Below, piece after piece: positions 46,311 through 57,710 of a stretch of 64,000 nt of DNA (its first letter is position 1; each line of letters starts with the position of its first letter). The DNA lies in NCBI GenBank assembly GCA_012840345.1, contig DULO01000031.1, positions 26,421 through 90,420 on the forward strand. The letters run 5' to 3'. Source of the DNA: Candidatus Fermentithermobacillaceae bacterium. GTDB taxonomy: Bacteria > Bacillota > Sulfobacillia > Fermentithermobacillales > Fermentithermobacillaceae. The position numbers and the translations under genes were made by a program. Below the pieces are notes generated by a model, which had not been told where the DNA came from, searched no databases, and saw nothing but the letters and a program-made list of their open reading frames with translations.

Positions 46311-47057
46311 CTAGCTGGACGAGTGGACGAAAGAAATGACGGCTTGCCTTATGCATTCCGCAAGCTTCTGTTGGTAAGCGGGCGAACCCAGAAGGGCCTC
46401 CTCCTCAGGGTTTGATAGAAATCCCAGTTCCACGGTGGCCGCGGGGACGTTCCCATAGTTCAACATGAAATGGTCGAGGCGGGCCGAGTGTTCCCTGTCG
46501 GTATCCGTCTCTTTTCTGAGGATTTCTTGGATTAGCCTTGCCAGCTTCTCGGAGTCAGGGTGCTTCTTGGCGTTGTAGAACGTCTGTGCCCCTCTTTCCC
46601 TCGGATCGGTGAACGCGTTGCAGTGGAGAGACAGCACTATGGTGGCCCCTGAGGAGTCGATAAGGCGCTGCCTGGCGGTAACGTCGTCGATTTCGTCGGA
46701 TTCCAGGTCGTAATCTCCCGTGCGGGAGTATACGACCTTGGCCCCGCTCTTCTCCAGCCTGACCCCCAGGTACAAAGCCACGTTCAGGGCTATGTCTTTC
46801 TCGAGGTACCGGCTTCCGCAGGCCCCGGGATCGATCCCGCCGTGGCCGGGGTCTATGTATATAACCTGACCCTCCAGGGGTTTGGTGGTATCCGCCGGCT
46901 CTCCGGCCGAGATCACTCCCCGTTCAATGAGAAACGGGCGTGAAGCGGCGTAGGCGACCAACGCCAGCGCCAGAGACACGGCCACGGACAGTACAGTGTT
47001 CTTATGGACAATAACAAAAAGGGGCCGGCCGGTTTGCCTGCCCCTTCTTCTCGCCAT
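46311..47057 (-). CDS. cwlD: N-acetylmuramoyl-L-alanine amidase, CwlD-like (germination-specific)
   Basis: 248 aa with a signal anchor and Amidase_3 motifs (IYIDPGHGG...LSLHCNA...E). Its position after rplM-rpsI matches Bacillus. Confidence 0.8.
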   Translation of the reverse strand: MARRRGRQTGRPLFVIVHKNTVLSVAVSLALALVAYAASRPFLIERGVISAGEPADTTKPLEGQVIYIDPGHGGIDPGACGSRYLEKDIALNVALYLGVRLEKSGAKVVYSRTGDYDLESDEIDDVTARQRLIDSSGATIVLSLHCNAFTDPRERGAQTFYNAKKHPDSEKLARLIQEILRKETDTDREHSARLDHFMLNYGNVPAATVELGFLSNPEEEALLGSPAYQQKLAECIRQAVISFVHSSS

Positions 47058-47154
47058 ACAAAATCCCCCGCGTGTTGCTTAAGTTACTCCAAAAGATATA
47101 CGGTCGGGCAAGGAAAAATGACAGACCCAACGCCTGTCAGATCCTTCCCAAAGG

Positions 47155-47544
47155 TTAACGCTTGGAGAACTGCGGAGCCTTCCTAGCCTTTTTCAGACCG
47201 TACTTGCGGCGCTCCTTCATGCGCGGGTCCCTGGTCAGGTAACCGGCTTTCTTCAGAGGAGTATGGAAGTTCTCGTCCACTTGGAGTAGAGCGCGGGCTA
47301 CTCCGTGCCTGCACGCTCCCGCCTGGCCGCTTAGGCCTCCGCCGATGACGTTTACCACGAGATCGAACTTGCCCTCGGTCTCCGTCACTCTGAAAGGCGC
47401 GATTACTTCCTGCTCCAAGCTGGGATTCATGAAGTAGCTCGATAGGTCCTTGCCGTTTATCGAGATATTGCCCGAACCCGGGGCAATCCTAACCCTGGCC
47501 ACAGCGTTTTTCCGGCGACCGGTCGCGGAAATGGTCTCTGCCAC
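47155..47544 (-). CDS. rpsI: 30S ribosomal protein S9
   Basis: A GTG start overlaps the rplM stop (TAGTG), with an AGGAGGAG RBS. TGRRK...[10 protein letters not shown]...[16 protein letters not shown]. Confidence 0.85.
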   Translation of the reverse strand: MAETISATGRRKNAVARVRIAPGSGNISINGKDLSSYFMNPSLEQEVIAPFRVTETEGKFDLVVNVIGGGLSGQAGACRHGVARALLQVDENFHTPLKKAGYLTRDPRMKERRKYGLKKARKAPQFSKR

Positions 47545-47984
47545 TACAATTCTCCTCCTTGCCACACCGAAGGCTTCTGCGACTCGTGGGGATGAGTGCC
47601 GCCTCTGTAAACAAACAACCGTTTCATGAGTTTCCGTGAAAGGCGCGTGTGAGGGAGCATCCCCTTAACGGCCGTCTCAATCACCCTCTCAGGGTGCTTC
47701 TTGATCATGAACTTGTAAGGAGTAAGGCGGGCGCCTCCTGGATAGCCGGAGTGGGTGAAGAACATCTTCTGCTCCATTTTCTTGCCGGTCAGCTTGACCT
47801 TCGAAGCGTTCAATATGATAACACTATCCCCCATGTCAACCGAGGGTGTATAGGTTGGCTTGTGTTTGCCTCGGAGTATTGTCGAAACCAAGGTCGCGAG
47901 CCTTCCCAAGGGCTTTCCCTCTGCGTCAATAACCCACCATTTCCTCTGGTCAGGACTGGGTTTCGCCATGTACGTCTCGCCCAA
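47544..47984 (-). CDS. rplM: 50S ribosomal protein L13
   Basis: TTG start. [30 protein letters not shown] is colinear with the B. subtilis L13 N-terminus. Confidence 0.9.
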   Translation of the reverse strand: MGETYMAKPSPDQRKWWVIDAEGKPLGRLATLVSTILRGKHKPTYTPSVDMGDSVIILNASKVKLTGKKMEQKMFFTHSGYPGGARLTPYKFMIKKHPERVIETAVKGMLPHTRLSRKLMKRLFVYRGGTHPHESQKPSVWQGGEL

Positions 47985-48051
47985 TCTAATGAAACCTCCT
48001 TAGTGCCGCCCTAGCAAGCACCATACATTCTAACTTCGTGACCTATCCCGG

Positions 48052-48810
48052 TCAAGAGAAGGCCACCTCTTCGAGGCATAAGCCTTTCCCGGGAAGGCAC
48101 ATGCCCCTCTCTACGCTCTCTCCCAAAAGCACTCTCTTGACTTGCCCCGGAGGCAACCGCCCCCTACCTACATCAACTAGCGTTCCAACAATGAGGCGCA
48201 CCATCTTGTACAGAAAGCCGTCGGCCGTTATGAAAAACTCCCACAGTTCGCCCTGAGAGCATTCCCTACGCGCCCACCTTGCCTTAAAGACCTCTCTCAC
48301 GGTAGTCACAGCGGACGACCCTTCCGCCCTAAAGCCCCTAAAATCGTGTTTCCCCACTAGTTCCGCCGTCTCGGCCACCATCAGGTCCCAGTCCAAGACC
48401 CCCCGGTAAGGGTAGGAGAACCTGGACCAAAACACGTCCTCAAAAGGTCCCCTCCAGATCCGGTAACAATACGTCTTGCTGACGGCGTCCCTTAAGGGAT
48501 CGAAAGACGCCGGGACTTCCTCGCACCGGTCTACCAGCACATCCGGAGGAAGCGCACCGCTGAGCGCCTCCGGCAACCTTTGGGCCGGGATGGGGTTGTG
48601 GGTAAGGAACGATACCACCTGACCCCTGGCGTGCACTCCCGCGTCGGTGCGCCCCGCGCCCCTCACGGTCACTTGATGCCCCAAGAGAGACCCGAGGCAC
48701 TCTTCCAGAACTCCTTGCACGGTTCTAGCCGATTTTTGACGCTGGAAACCGGAAAAGCAGGTGCCGTCGTACTGGACTCTGGCCTTAAGGCGACGCGTGC
48801 GGTCTTCCAG
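48052..48810 (-). CDS. truA: tRNA pseudouridine(38-40) synthase
   Basis: The listed ORF starts MQGVLEE, but the conserved N-terminus (LKARVQYDGTCFSGFQRQ) continues in-frame upstream with no ATG/GTG/TTG. The only start-like codon after the ecfT stop is CTG at 48810, which has a GGGAGG RBS 9 nt upstream. Confidence 0.7.
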   Translation of the reverse strand: MEDRTRRLKARVQYDGTCFSGFQRQKSARTVQGVLEECLGSLLGHQVTVRGAGRTDAGVHARGQVVSFLTHNPIPAQRLPEALSGALPPDVLVDRCEEVPASFDPLRDAVSKTYCYRIWRGPFEDVFWSRFSYPYRGVLDWDLMVAETAELVGKHDFRGFRAEGSSAVTTVREVFKARWARRECSQGELWEFFITADGFLYKMVRLIVGTLVDVGRGRLPPGQVKRVLLGESVERGMCLPGKGLCLEEVAFS

Positions 48811-48822
48811 AAGGCTACCTCC

Positions 48823-49650
48823 CTAGAGAGGCCTGGTAATAACCGGGCCAAACTTGATCCTTACGTAAATCACCAGCGCTGTTACCACACCGAGATACAC
48901 GAACGCAAGGTAATCCCTTAGGGCCAAATGGAACTCCCGCATCCTCGTGCGGCCTTCCCCGCCCCTATAGCCCCTGGCCTCCATCGCCATGGCAAGATCG
49001 TCGGCTCTCCGGAAAGCGCTCACGAACAAGGGCACAAGCAGCGGCACAAGGCTTTTCGCTCTTTTCACAATGTTGCCCGACTCAAAGTCGGCTCCCCTGG
49101 CCATCTGGGCTTTCATGATTCTCTCAGCTTCCTCGAGAAGCGTCGGGATGAACCTCAAGGCGATGGTCATCATCATCGCAAGCTCGTGGGCCGGCACACC
49201 CAGCCTGGCAAAAGGCTTCAAAATATCCTCAAGGCCGTCGGTGAGCTCGATGGGCGAGGTGGTGAGAGTCAGAAGCGATGTGAACATAATAAGAATCACC
49301 AGCCTAAGCCCAACGAACAAGCCCTGCACCAACCCTGCCCAGGTGGCCTTCGCGGGCCCTATCTGGAAAATGACCGGGCCGGGCGTAAGGAACAGGTGCA
49401 AAACCAGGGTGAAGAGCAGTATGAATAAGACCGGCCTTAGCCCCCTGACCAGCAACCTGATAGGAACCCTGGACAAGTAGATCGCGAGAGCGGCGAAAGC
49501 GCCCATAACAAGGAAAGCCCAGAAGTTGTTGCCGATGAACAAAACGACCATGAAAACAACCGCGATAATTATCTTGGCACGAGGGTCCATGGAGTGGACC
49601 GGTGACAAGACGGGGTAGTATTGCCCCATTATCGCCCCGCCGCCTATCAT
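48823..49650 (-). CDS. ecfT: ECF transporter transmembrane (T) component
   Basis: 275 aa multi-TM protein with a CbiQ/EcfT-type ARG signature region (AMAMEARGY). Confidence 0.8.
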   Translation of the reverse strand: MIGGGAIMGQYYPVLSPVHSMDPRAKIIIAVVFMVVLFIGNNFWAFLVMGAFAALAIYLSRVPIRLLVRGLRPVLFILLFTLVLHLFLTPGPVIFQIGPAKATWAGLVQGLFVGLRLVILIMFTSLLTLTTSPIELTDGLEDILKPFARLGVPAHELAMMMTIALRFIPTLLEEAERIMKAQMARGADFESGNIVKRAKSLVPLLVPLFVSAFRRADDLAMAMEARGYRGGEGRTRMREFHLALRDYLAFVYLGVVTALVIYVRIKFGPVITRPL

Positions 49651-50507
49651 CGCGCCTCTTTCCTCCTGCCCAGTTCCTTCATTATCTCAGCGAACGCTTC
49701 CTCCACGTTCACTACGTCGACCCTAACGTCCCAGCCGCGGTTCCTGAGCCCTTCCATGAGCGCCACCACTTCGGGCGGCCTTAGCCCTATCTCTTTCACA
49801 AACTCCAACCTGCTGAAAATGTCCCGAGGAACGCCGTCGGCCACCAAACGGCCTTCGTTAAGGACTAAGAGCCTCTGGCAGAGTCTTGCCACGTCCTCCA
49901 TGTTGTGGGAAACCAGAATCACGGTCATTCCCATCCGGTGCATCTTGGAAACGTTCATGAGCACGTCGTCCCGACCGCGAGGGTCAAGCCCCGCGGCGGG
50001 TTCGTCCAGAACCAATACCTTGGGTCTCATGGAGACGACGCCCGCTATGGCTACTCTCCTAAGCTGCCCGCCTGACAACTCAAACGGGGACCTGTCCAAG
50101 AGGTCCTCGGAGAGACCTACCATCCCGCACGCCTCTCTCACCCGCCGGTCTATCTCCTCAGGGCTCAGTCCGAGGTTTTTCGGGCCGAACGCGATGTCCT
50201 CGCGAACCGTCTCCTCAAACACTTGTTGTTCGGGGAACTGGAAAACCAGCCCGACCTTTTGCCTGAGCGTTCGAAGGCTCATCCCCTTCTGCCAAATGTC
50301 CACACCGTCAACCAGCACTTGCCCGGAACTGGGCTTAAGGAGCCCGTTAAGGTGCTGGATGAGGGTGGACTTGCCCGATCCCGTGGGACCTATGAGGCCC
50401 ACAAACTCACCGTCTTCGATACGGAAAGAAACGCCCGACAGGGCGCGAGATTCAGATGTGCTGCCCTTGTTGTATATATGGGTTAAGTCCCTGACTTCAA
50501 TCGGCAT
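49647..50507 (-). CDS. ecfA2: ECF transporter ATPase component A2
   Basis: 286 aa with [23 protein letters not shown] and [11 protein letters not shown]. Confidence 0.85.
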   Translation of the reverse strand: MPIEVRDLTHIYNKGSTSESRALSGVSFRIEDGEFVGLIGPTGSGKSTLIQHLNGLLKPSSGQVLVDGVDIWQKGMSLRTLRQKVGLVFQFPEQQVFEETVREDIAFGPKNLGLSPEEIDRRVREACGMVGLSEDLLDRSPFELSGGQLRRVAIAGVVSMRPKVLVLDEPAAGLDPRGRDDVLMNVSKMHRMGMTVILVSHNMEDVARLCQRLLVLNEGRLVADGVPRDIFSRLEFVKEIGLRPPEVVALMEGLRNRGWDVRVDVVNVEEAFAEIMKELGRRKEAR

Positions 50508-51337
50508 AGTTCATCCACCAGTTCGTCAACTGAAAGGGCGTCAGGTCTTACGTTGACTCCGGCCGCGGCCAGCATAGCCGAGAGTTTGCCCAACTGGGGA
50601 ACGTCAAGCCCCAAAGACAAGAGCTCGTCTCTCTTCTGAAATACCTCTCTAGGCGGCCCTTCCATAATCACTTTTCCTCGGTCCATGACCAGAACTCTAT
50701 CGGCGAACAGCGCCTCGTCCATGTAGTGGGTAATGTGGATCACAGTGAGCCCGTGTTCCTTGTTGATCTGGCGGACCGCGTTCATCACTTCGACCCTTCC
50801 GCGGGGATCCAGCATGGCCGTAGGCTCGTCCAAAATCACGCACATAGGCTCCATGGCAAGTACGCCCGCTATGGCAACCCTTTGCTTCTGTCCTCCCGAC
50901 AACAGGTGTGGAGCATGACGACGGTAAGACAGCATTCCGACAAAGCCTAGGCATTTTTCGACCCTCTGCCTGATCTCAGCCGGCTTGACCCCAAGGTTCT
51001 CCGGGCCAAAGGCCACGTCTTCCTCGACCACTGTCGCCACTATCTGGTTGTCGGGGTTTTGAAACACCATTCCCGCGTTCTTGCGGATTTCCCAGGTGTG
51101 GGCCGGGTCTTTGGTGTTCATGCCGAAGACCACGACGTCTCCCTGGTCTGGAAGCAATAGGGCGTTAAAATGCTTGGCCAGGGTAGACTTGCCCGACCCG
51201 TTGGGCCCGATAATCACGAGGAATTCTCCTCGCGATACCTTGATATCCACCCCGGCCAGCGCTATTACCTGTTGAGCCTCGCCTACTTCGTACTTGTGGT
51301 AAAGCCCTGTGGTTTCGATTCCGGTCTCCTCAACCAT
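50483..51337 (-). CDS. ecfA1: ECF transporter ATPase component A1
   Basis: 284 aa with [25 protein letters not shown] and [10 protein letters not shown]. Confidence 0.85.
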   Translation of the reverse strand: MVEETGIETTGLYHKYEVGEAQQVIALAGVDIKVSRGEFLVIIGPNGSGKSTLAKHFNALLLPDQGDVVVFGMNTKDPAHTWEIRKNAGMVFQNPDNQIVATVVEEDVAFGPENLGVKPAEIRQRVEKCLGFVGMLSYRRHAPHLLSGGQKQRVAIAGVLAMEPMCVILDEPTAMLDPRGRVEVMNAVRQINKEHGLTVIHITHYMDEALFADRVLVMDRGKVIMEGPPREVFQKRDELLSLGLDVPQLGKLSAMLAAAGVNVRPDALSVDELVDELCRLKSGT

Positions 51338-51350
51338 TTCGGCTTGCCAC

Positions 51351-51701
51351 TTACTTCTCCGGCTTTACCAGTTCAACTATGGCCATGGGCGCTCCGTCCC
51401 CGCGCCTCTGGCGGGTTTCCAGAATCCTGGTGTAACCACCTTGACGGTGGGCATACCGCGGGCCAAGGGTTTCAAAGAGCTTCTTTACCACGTCCTCGTC
51501 GTAAAGGTAGGCTAGAGCTCTCCGGCGCGCTGCCAGGTTGTCCTGTTTGGCCAGACTTATCATTTTTTCGGACAGGGTCTGAGCGGCTTTTGCCTTGGTC
51601 AGAGTCGTCTCAACCCGCTCCGTTTTCAACAGCGATGTAACCAACCCGCGCAATAGGGCCTTGCGCTGGGCAGTGGAACGATCAAAACGCGAGTAACCCA
51701 A
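51351..51701 (-). CDS. rplQ: 50S ribosomal protein L17
   Basis: A TTG start ([18 protein letters not shown]) follows an AAGGGGGAAG RBS, giving 116 aa. The listed longer ORF has an atypical N-extension. Confidence 0.8.
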   Translation of the reverse strand: MGYSRFDRSTAQRKALLRGLVTSLLKTERVETTLTKAKAAQTLSEKMISLAKQDNLAARRRALAYLYDEDVVKKLFETLGPRYAHRQGGYTRILETRQRRGDGAPMAIVELVKPEK

Positions 51702-51714
51702 ATCTACTTCCCCC

Positions 51715-52698
51715 TTACTCTTCCTCAGGGCGGAAAGCCAATCCCATCTCGGCAAGCTTGTTCTTGACTTCCTCTAGGGATTTCTTGCCCATGTTCCTTA
51801 CCTTGGAGATCTCTTCTTCGGTCTTCTGAATGAGTTCTCCGACAGTGTTGATGCCCGCTCTCTTTAGGCAGTTGAAAGACCGCATGGAGAGTTCCAGTTC
51901 CTCAATGGGCATCTCCAGCACTTTCTCGACTTCGGACTTCTCGACGTACTCCTCGTCACCCCTGTCTTCCTTGACACGGGCCGAGAGGTCTATAAACATG
52001 CGGAAGTGGCCTATGAGAATGTCGGCAGCCCTCTCCAACGCCTCGTCGGGGCGAATGCTTCCGTCGGTCCAGATCTCCAGCGTCAGCTTGTCAAAGTCCG
52101 TCCTCTGCCCTACACGAGTATTCTCTATCGTATAGTTCACCTTAGTGACGGGGGTAAAACGGGAGTCAATGGCGATCATCCCGATGGGCTGGTTGGGGAT
52201 CTTGTTGGCCTCCGCCGTCACGTAACCCCTGCCTTCTTCGATGGTAAGCTCAATGAAGAGCCTCCCGCCCACGTCGATCTCGGCTATGTGAAGGTCGGGG
52301 TTGATTATCTCGACGTCGGGGTCACAGATGATGTCCCTGCCCGTAACCTCTGCCGGCCCTTCTTTCTCTATCCTGGCCACTTTTGGTCCTGGGCTGTGAA
52401 GCTGGACCACAAGTTCCTTGAGGTTAAGGATGATATCTGTTACGTCCTCTTTGACAGCGGGAATAGTCGAAAACTCGTGCAACACACCGTCAATGCTTAG
52501 CCTGGTGACCGCTGCCCCGGGGAGCGACGACAGGAGTACTCGCCGCAAGGAATTGCCCACAGTGACTCCGTAGCCGGGCTCCAACGGCTCGACGACGAAT
52601 CGACCGTACCGCTTGTCCGGCGCTATTTCCTCGCACTCCACTCTCGCCTCTATCAAATCTAACACTCTGGCAGTGCCCCCTTCAATTTCAAGGCTCAA
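51715..52698 (-). CDS. rpoA: DNA-directed RNA polymerase alpha subunit
   Basis: 327 aa with NTD motifs and a C-terminal [20 protein letters not shown]-like helix-hairpin-helix. Confidence 0.9.
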   Translation of the reverse strand: MSLEIEGGTARVLDLIEARVECEEIAPDKRYGRFVVEPLEPGYGVTVGNSLRRVLLSSLPGAAVTRLSIDGVLHEFSTIPAVKEDVTDIILNLKELVVQLHSPGPKVARIEKEGPAEVTGRDIICDPDVEIINPDLHIAEIDVGGRLFIELTIEEGRGYVTAEANKIPNQPIGMIAIDSRFTPVTKVNYTIENTRVGQRTDFDKLTLEIWTDGSIRPDEALERAADILIGHFRMFIDLSARVKEDRGDEEYVEKSEVEKVLEMPIEELELSMRSFNCLKRAGINTVGELIQKTEEEISKVRNMGKKSLEEVKNKLAEMGLAFRPEEE

Positions 52699-52709
52699 TC
52701 GGGGTGAGC

Positions 52710-53330
52710 TTACTTAGAGTAGAGCTCAACGATCAAACGCTCGTCTACCGGCGCGTCTACTTCATCCCGTTCCGGCAACCGGAGGATGGTGCACTTCCAG
52801 TTCTGCGCGTCCAAAGACATCCAAGCCGGAACGTTGTGCCCCTGAAGCCCTTCCGCCATGGCCTTGAACTTGTCGGATTTCAGAGCGCGTGGACGAACGG
52901 CAATCACATCGCCCGGAGAGACCAGGTACGAAGGAATGTCGACCTTGTGGCCGTTGACCTCCAAGTGCCCGTGTCCGATAAGCTGCCTGGCTTCCTTTCT
53001 GGACTGCGCGAAACCGGCGCGGTAGACCACGTTATCCAACCTTCGCTCCAACAAGATCATGAGGGTCTCGCCGGTGACGCCGCGAGTCCTGGTGGCGCGG
53101 GCGAAATAGTTTCTAAACTGTCTCTCCCCGACCCCGTAAAACCTTCTGGCCTTCTGCTTCTCGCGAAGCTGAGTGCCGTACTCGCTCGGTCGTCTTACTC
53201 TTCCGTGGACACCGGGAGGAGTCGACCTCTTCTCGAAGGTGCACTTGGTGAAGCACTTCTCGCCCTTCAAGTAAAGTTTCTGACTCTCGCGCCTGCATAG
53301 CCTGCAGGAAGGTCCTGTATACCTGGACAT
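52710..53330 (-). CDS. rpsD: 30S ribosomal protein S4
   Basis: 206 aa beginning [15 protein letters not shown]. Confidence 0.9.
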   Translation of the reverse strand: MSRYTGPSCRLCRRESQKLYLKGEKCFTKCTFEKRSTPPGVHGRVRRPSEYGTQLREKQKARRFYGVGERQFRNYFARATRTRGVTGETLMILLERRLDNVVYRAGFAQSRKEARQLIGHGHLEVNGHKVDIPSYLVSPGDVIAVRPRALKSDKFKAMAEGLQGHNVPAWMSLDAQNWKCTILRLPERDEVDAPVDERLIVELYSK

Positions 53331-53341
53331 ATTGTGCCTCC

Positions 53342-53731
53342 TTACACCCTTCGTCTCTTAGGCGGCCGGCATCCGTTGTGGGGAACCGGGGTAACGTCCT
53401 TGATCATCGTTACCTCGAGACCCGCGGCTTGCAGCGCTCGGATGGCGGCTTCTCTGCCCGCTCCAGGGCCTTTGACCATGACTTCAACTTCCCTCATGCC
53501 CTGGTCAATAGCGGCTTTGGCCGCGGATTCGGCCGCGAGCTGAGCGGCAAAAGGCGTGCTCTTCCTGGAGCCCTTAAAACCCTGCTTGCCCGCGGTCGAC
53601 CATGAGACGGTCCCGCCCTGGGTATCGGTAATGCTGACTATGGTGTTGTTAAAAGTCGATTTGATGTGGGCTACGCCCTTTTCCACGACCCTGCGTTCTC
53701 TTCTTCTGGGCCGCTGTTCCCTCTTAGCCAA
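53342..53731 (-). CDS. rpsK: 30S ribosomal protein S11
   Basis: 129 aa with [18 protein letters not shown]. Confidence 0.9.
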   Translation of the reverse strand: MAKREQRPRRRERRVVEKGVAHIKSTFNNTIVSITDTQGGTVSWSTAGKQGFKGSRKSTPFAAQLAAESAAKAAIDQGMREVEVMVKGPGAGREAAIRALQAAGLEVTMIKDVTPVPHNGCRPPKRRRV

Positions 53732-53752
53732 CTCTATCGCGCCTCCCTACCG

Positions 53753-54124
53753 TTACTTCTTCCGCCTGACCCCAACCGTCTTCTTGGGACCTTTACGAGT
53801 TCTCGCGTTGGTTTGGGTCCTTTGGCCTCTGACGGGAAGGCCTCTGCGGTGACGCAGACCCCTGTAGGTGCCTAGGTCGATCAACCTCTTTATGTTGAGC
53901 TGAGTCTCGGTACGGAGGTCTCCCTCGACCTTAAAGTTGTTGTCGATGTACTCCCTGATACGCGCTATTTCCTCTTCAGTGAGGTCACGCACGCGAGTGT
54001 CCGGGCTCACCCCGGTCTTGGTCAAAATCTCTTTCGCCCTGGTAGGTCCTATTCCATAAATATACGGTAGGGCGGCTTCCACCCTCTTGTCTCTCGGCAA
54101 GTCCACTCCGGCTATACGAGCCAT
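53753..54124 (-). CDS. rpsM: 30S ribosomal protein S13
   Basis: 123 aa beginning [16 protein letters not shown]. Confidence 0.9.
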   Translation of the reverse strand: MARIAGVDLPRDKRVEAALPYIYGIGPTRAKEILTKTGVSPDTRVRDLTEEEIARIREYIDNNFKVEGDLRTETQLNIKRLIDLGTYRGLRHRRGLPVRGQRTQTNARTRKGPKKTVGVRRKK

Positions 54125-54139
54125 TACCTCACCCCCTGC

Positions 54140-54253
54140 TTAACCCTGTTTCTGCTTGTGCTTCGGATTGGAGCACAAGACCATTATCCTACCGTGCCGT
54201 TTGATGATGCGGCACTTCTCGCATATCCTCTTAACCGAAGGTCTAACCTTCAC
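54140..54253 (-). CDS. rpmJ: 50S ribosomal protein L36
   Basis: Not in the ORF track. Manual translation from a GTG start gives [37 protein letters not shown] (37 aa, zinc-ribbon CxxC...C). Confidence 0.8.
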   Translation of the reverse strand: MKVRPSVKRICEKCRIIKRHGRIMVLCSNPKHKQKQG

Positions 54254-54294
54254 GATTGAACCCCCCTCTTTGAAAGGACACTCCCGCGAATGTC

Positions 54295-54513
54295 CTATCT
54301 CATCCGCCGGACAATCCTGCCGCGGGTGAGATCGTACGGGCTAAGCTCTAGGAGAACCCTGTCTCCGGGAAGGATCTTGATGAAGTTAATCCTCATCTTG
54401 CCCGAAATGTGGGCCAGGACCTTGTGCCCTCCCTCAATCTCCACCCGAAACATGGCATTGGGTAGCGGCTCTACGACTCTGCCTTCGACCTCAATGCTGT
54501 CTTGCTTCGGCAT
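54295..54513 (-). CDS. infA: Translation initiation factor IF-1
   Basis: [41 protein letters not shown]..., 72 aa. The listed 107-aa ORF carries a spurious 5' extension into map. Confidence 0.9.
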   Translation of the reverse strand: MPKQDSIEVEGRVVEPLPNAMFRVEIEGGHKVLAHISGKMRINFIKILPGDRVLLELSPYDLTRGRIVRRMR

Positions 54514-54562
54514 GTTATTCCCCCTCGTATCCCTAAGGAAAGTCTGTCCACGCGCTGGGAAC

Positions 54563-55306
54563 TTATACCAAAGTAAGGCACCTCGGGCCGTCGGATGTGA
54601 CAGCCACCGTGTGCTCAAAGTGCGCCGACAAAGACCCGTCGCGGGTCACGACCCGCATATTGGGATAAGTCACTACTTCCCAGGTGCCTACGTTGACCAT
54701 GGGTTCTATGGCGATTACCATGCCCCTTCTAAGACGGGGCCCCATCCCGGGTATCCCGAAGTTGGGGACGCTCGGCTCCTCGTGCATGTCCCTGCCTACG
54801 CCGTGTCCGGCGTAGTCGCGGACGACGCTAAAGCCGTACTTCCTTACATGCTGGCTAATCGCGTAACCGATGTCGCCTATGAACCCGTTCTCTCTGACTT
54901 GAGCAATGCCAAGGGCTAAAGCTTCGCTCGTAGCCTTCAACAGTCTAGAGGCTTCCGGAGAGATCTTCCCTACCGGGAAAGTCATGGCGGTGTCACCGAC
55001 AAAACCGCCGTAAGTCGCCCCTACGTCTATTGAGACAATGTCGCCTTCTTTTAGCCGGGTATCGTCAGGAGTCCCGTGGACGACTACCTCATTTACGGAC
55101 GCGCAGATGGTAGCGGGAAACCCTTGGTAACCCTTGAAAGTGGGTATCGCGCCGTGTTTCCTGATAAATGCTTCAGCGGCCGCGTCGAGTTCCCGGGTGG
55201 TTATGCCCGGCTCGATCATTGACCCCACCATCTGGAGGCACAGCCCGGCGATTCGGCCTGCCTGAGCCATAACCTCTATTTCGCTATCGCTCTTAAGAAA
55301 TATCAT
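54563..55306 (-). CDS. map: Methionine aminopeptidase type I
   Basis: 247 aa with the pita-bread metal ligands (D..D..H..E..E context) and an FRGHGVG-type motif (YAGHGVG). Confidence 0.9.
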   Translation of the reverse strand: MIFLKSDSEIEVMAQAGRIAGLCLQMVGSMIEPGITTRELDAAAEAFIRKHGAIPTFKGYQGFPATICASVNEVVVHGTPDDTRLKEGDIVSIDVGATYGGFVGDTAMTFPVGKISPEASRLLKATSEALALGIAQVRENGFIGDIGYAISQHVRKYGFSVVRDYAGHGVGRDMHEEPSVPNFGIPGMGPRLRRGMVIAIEPMVNVGTWEVVTYPNMRVVTRDGSLSAHFEHTVAVTSDGPRCLTLV

Positions 55307-55331
55307 TTGTGCATCTCATCTCGGTCTTTGT

Positions 55332-55994
55332 TCACGGTTTCACCGCTTGACGTTTCAAAACGGCCGAGACCACCGCCGAAGTCACTTCCGCGGGAGGCCG
55401 GCACCCGTCCACAGTCACGAGTTCTCCTTTGTTGGCGTAGTACTCGACCAACGGTTCGGAGTACTTGTGATAGACCCGGCACCTTTCAATAACCGTTTCT
55501 TCCGCGTCGTCTGCCCTGGCGACAAGTTCGCCGCCGCACCGATCACATTTCCCGGCTACCGCCGGGGGATGCGACGCCAGGTTGTAGGGGGCGCCGCATA
55601 CGGAACACACCCTTCTATTCCTGGCCCGCTCTAAGATGGCCTCTTCCGTCACCTCAAGATTCACAGCGCAGTCCAGCCTCTTACCCAGCTTAGCGAGGAT
55701 CTCATCCAACGCTTCGGCCTGGGCTAGGTTCCTGGGGAACCCATCCAACACGAATCCCGAGTCGCACTCTTTGGACGACAGGCTCTTTTCCATGAGCTTT
55801 ATTGTCACGCTGTCGTCCACCAGCTCGCCTTTGGCCATGGCGGTCTCAACCAGACGCCCTAATTCGGTACCGGCCTTTACCTCCCGTCGAAACATGTCTC
55901 CGGGAGATATATGCGCGATCCCAAACCTCTCGGCCAACGCCTTGGCTTGGGTGCCCTTCCCGGAACCCGGCGGGCCCAACAGCACTAGATTCAC
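55332..55994 (-). CDS. adk: Adenylate kinase (zinc-lid type)
   Basis: 220 aa with GPPGSGKGTQ and a Cys4 lid (CSVCG...CDRCG). Confidence 0.9.
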   Translation of the reverse strand: MNLVLLGPPGSGKGTQAKALAERFGIAHISPGDMFRREVKAGTELGRLVETAMAKGELVDDSVTIKLMEKSLSSKECDSGFVLDGFPRNLAQAEALDEILAKLGKRLDCAVNLEVTEEAILERARNRRVCSVCGAPYNLASHPPAVAGKCDRCGGELVARADDAEETVIERCRVYHKYSEPLVEYYANKGELVTVDGCRPPAEVTSAVVSAVLKRQAVKP

Positions 55995-56006
55995 AACGAT
56001 CGCCTC

Positions 56007-57269
56007 TTACTTCAGGAACCCTTGATAGTTCCTCATGACCAGCTGGGCTTCGATCTGTTTCATAACATCCAAAGCCACGCCCACCACGATTAGGAGAGCT
56101 GTCCCGCCTAGAGCGTGAAATCCCGGAAGACCCGTAAGCTGGATCATGAAGTTCGGCAGAATCGCCACTAAGGCTAAGAACAAGCCTCCGACTACGGTGA
56201 TTCTGGTCACAACCCTTGAAAGCGCGTCCGCGGTGGGCCTGCCCGGTCTTATGCCGGGGATAAACCCGCCGTACTTCCTCATGTTGTCCGCGATGTCAAA
56301 CGGGTTGAAGATCATGCCCGTGTAGAAAAAGGTGAAACCGAATATCAACAGGGCATACAACGCAGTATACCACGGCTGAGTATAGTCGAAAATCTCTCCC
56401 AGCTTTTGCGCCCACGGCGCCTTAACGAACGACGCGATGGTGGCCGGGAACGACAAGAGGGACGAAGCGAAGATGACCGGGATGACTCCCGCCTGGTTGA
56501 TCTTGATAGGAATGTGGGTGGAGTAGCCCCCCATCATCTTCCTTCCTACTACCCTCTTAGAATACTGAACCGGGATCCTTCTCTCGCCCTCCGTAATCCA
56601 GATGACCAAGAAAATGGTGAGCACTGAGATTACGAGCATGGCCAATACGTTGTACCACGCGGTCTGACCCGCCTTAAGCAGGGTGTAAATCTGGTACAAC
56701 TCCGCGGGCATCTCCGTGATGATACCTCCGAATATGAACAGGGAGATGCCGTTGCCGATGCCCTTCTCGGTGATGAGTTCGCCAAGCCACATAAGAAACG
56801 CGGTGCCTGCCACGAGGCTCAACATAGCTTCTATCGCCAGCCATACGGACTGGGAAACAAGAGCGCCTCTCGCCCGAATGGCCCACGTCATGCCAAACGC
56901 CTGGATAGACGCCAGTATGACGGTCGCGTACCTCGTATAACCCTGAAGCGTCTTGCGCCCGTCCTCGTCCTTGGACATCTCTTCCCACTTGGGGATAACC
57001 ATCTGGAGGAGCTGCATAATAATCGAGGCGTTGATGTAGGGATAAATCCCCATGGCAAACACCGAATAGTTGCTGAGCGCTCCGCCAGAGAAGAGGTCCA
57101 TGAACGCGAATAAGGTTCCCTCTCCAAAAAGGGTCGCAATGACCCCAGGCACTATTCCCGGAACGGGAACGGCGACTCCTGCCCTGTACACTATGAGCAT
57201 GCCGACAGTAACCAGGATCCTCTTTCGAAGATCTGGGACGCGCCACGCGTTGCGCAGGGTGGCGAACAT
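56007..57269 (-). CDS. secY: Preprotein translocase subunit SecY
   Basis: 420 aa, 10-TM SecY signature. Confidence 0.9.
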   Translation of the reverse strand: MFATLRNAWRVPDLRKRILVTVGMLIVYRAGVAVPVPGIVPGVIATLFGEGTLFAFMDLFSGGALSNYSVFAMGIYPYINASIIMQLLQMVIPKWEEMSKDEDGRKTLQGYTRYATVILASIQAFGMTWAIRARGALVSQSVWLAIEAMLSLVAGTAFLMWLGELITEKGIGNGISLFIFGGIITEMPAELYQIYTLLKAGQTAWYNVLAMLVISVLTIFLVIWITEGERRIPVQYSKRVVGRKMMGGYSTHIPIKINQAGVIPVIFASSLLSFPATIASFVKAPWAQKLGEIFDYTQPWYTALYALLIFGFTFFYTGMIFNPFDIADNMRKYGGFIPGIRPGRPTADALSRVVTRITVVGGLFLALVAILPNFMIQLTGLPGFHALGGTALLIVVGVALDVMKQIEAQLVMRNYQGFLK

Positions 57270-57710
57270 CTATATCACCTCGACCTTGCCGCCAGCGGTC
57301 TCGATTTTCTCCTTTGCCGACTGTGAGAAGGCATGGGCCTTGACGGTAAGGGCCTTGTCCAAAGAGCCTTCTCCCAAGACTTTAAGGAAGGAAGCGTTTC
57401 TTCTCATGAGGCCCGCGGCCTTAAGCTCCTCGGGACCAACCTCAGCGCCTTCGTCGAACCTCGTGAGAGAGCCCACGTTAACCAGGTCGTAGACCACGGC
57501 GAACTTGTTGTGGAACCCGCGCTTGGGGAGCCTCATGGTGAGCCTCATCTGGCCGCCTTCAAAGCCGGGACCCTTGGTGCCGCCCGAACGCGACTTTTGG
57601 CCTTTGTGGCCGCGTCCCGCGGTCTTTCCGTTACCGGATCCAAGCCCTTGTCCCTTGCGCTTGGCCTTCTTTACGGAACCCGGGATTGGTTTAAGATCAT
57701 GCAGTTCCAT
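57270..57710 (-). CDS. rplO: 50S ribosomal protein L15
   Basis: The start is placed at [30 protein letters not shown] (57710). The listed ORF carries a 5' extension overlapping rpsE. Confidence 0.85.
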   Translation of the reverse strand: MELHDLKPIPGSVKKAKRKGQGLGSGNGKTAGRGHKGQKSRSGGTKGPGFEGGQMRLTMRLPKRGFHNKFAVVYDLVNVGSLTRFDEGAEVGPEELKAAGLMRRNASFLKVLGEGSLDKALTVKAHAFSQSAKEKIETAGGKVEVI

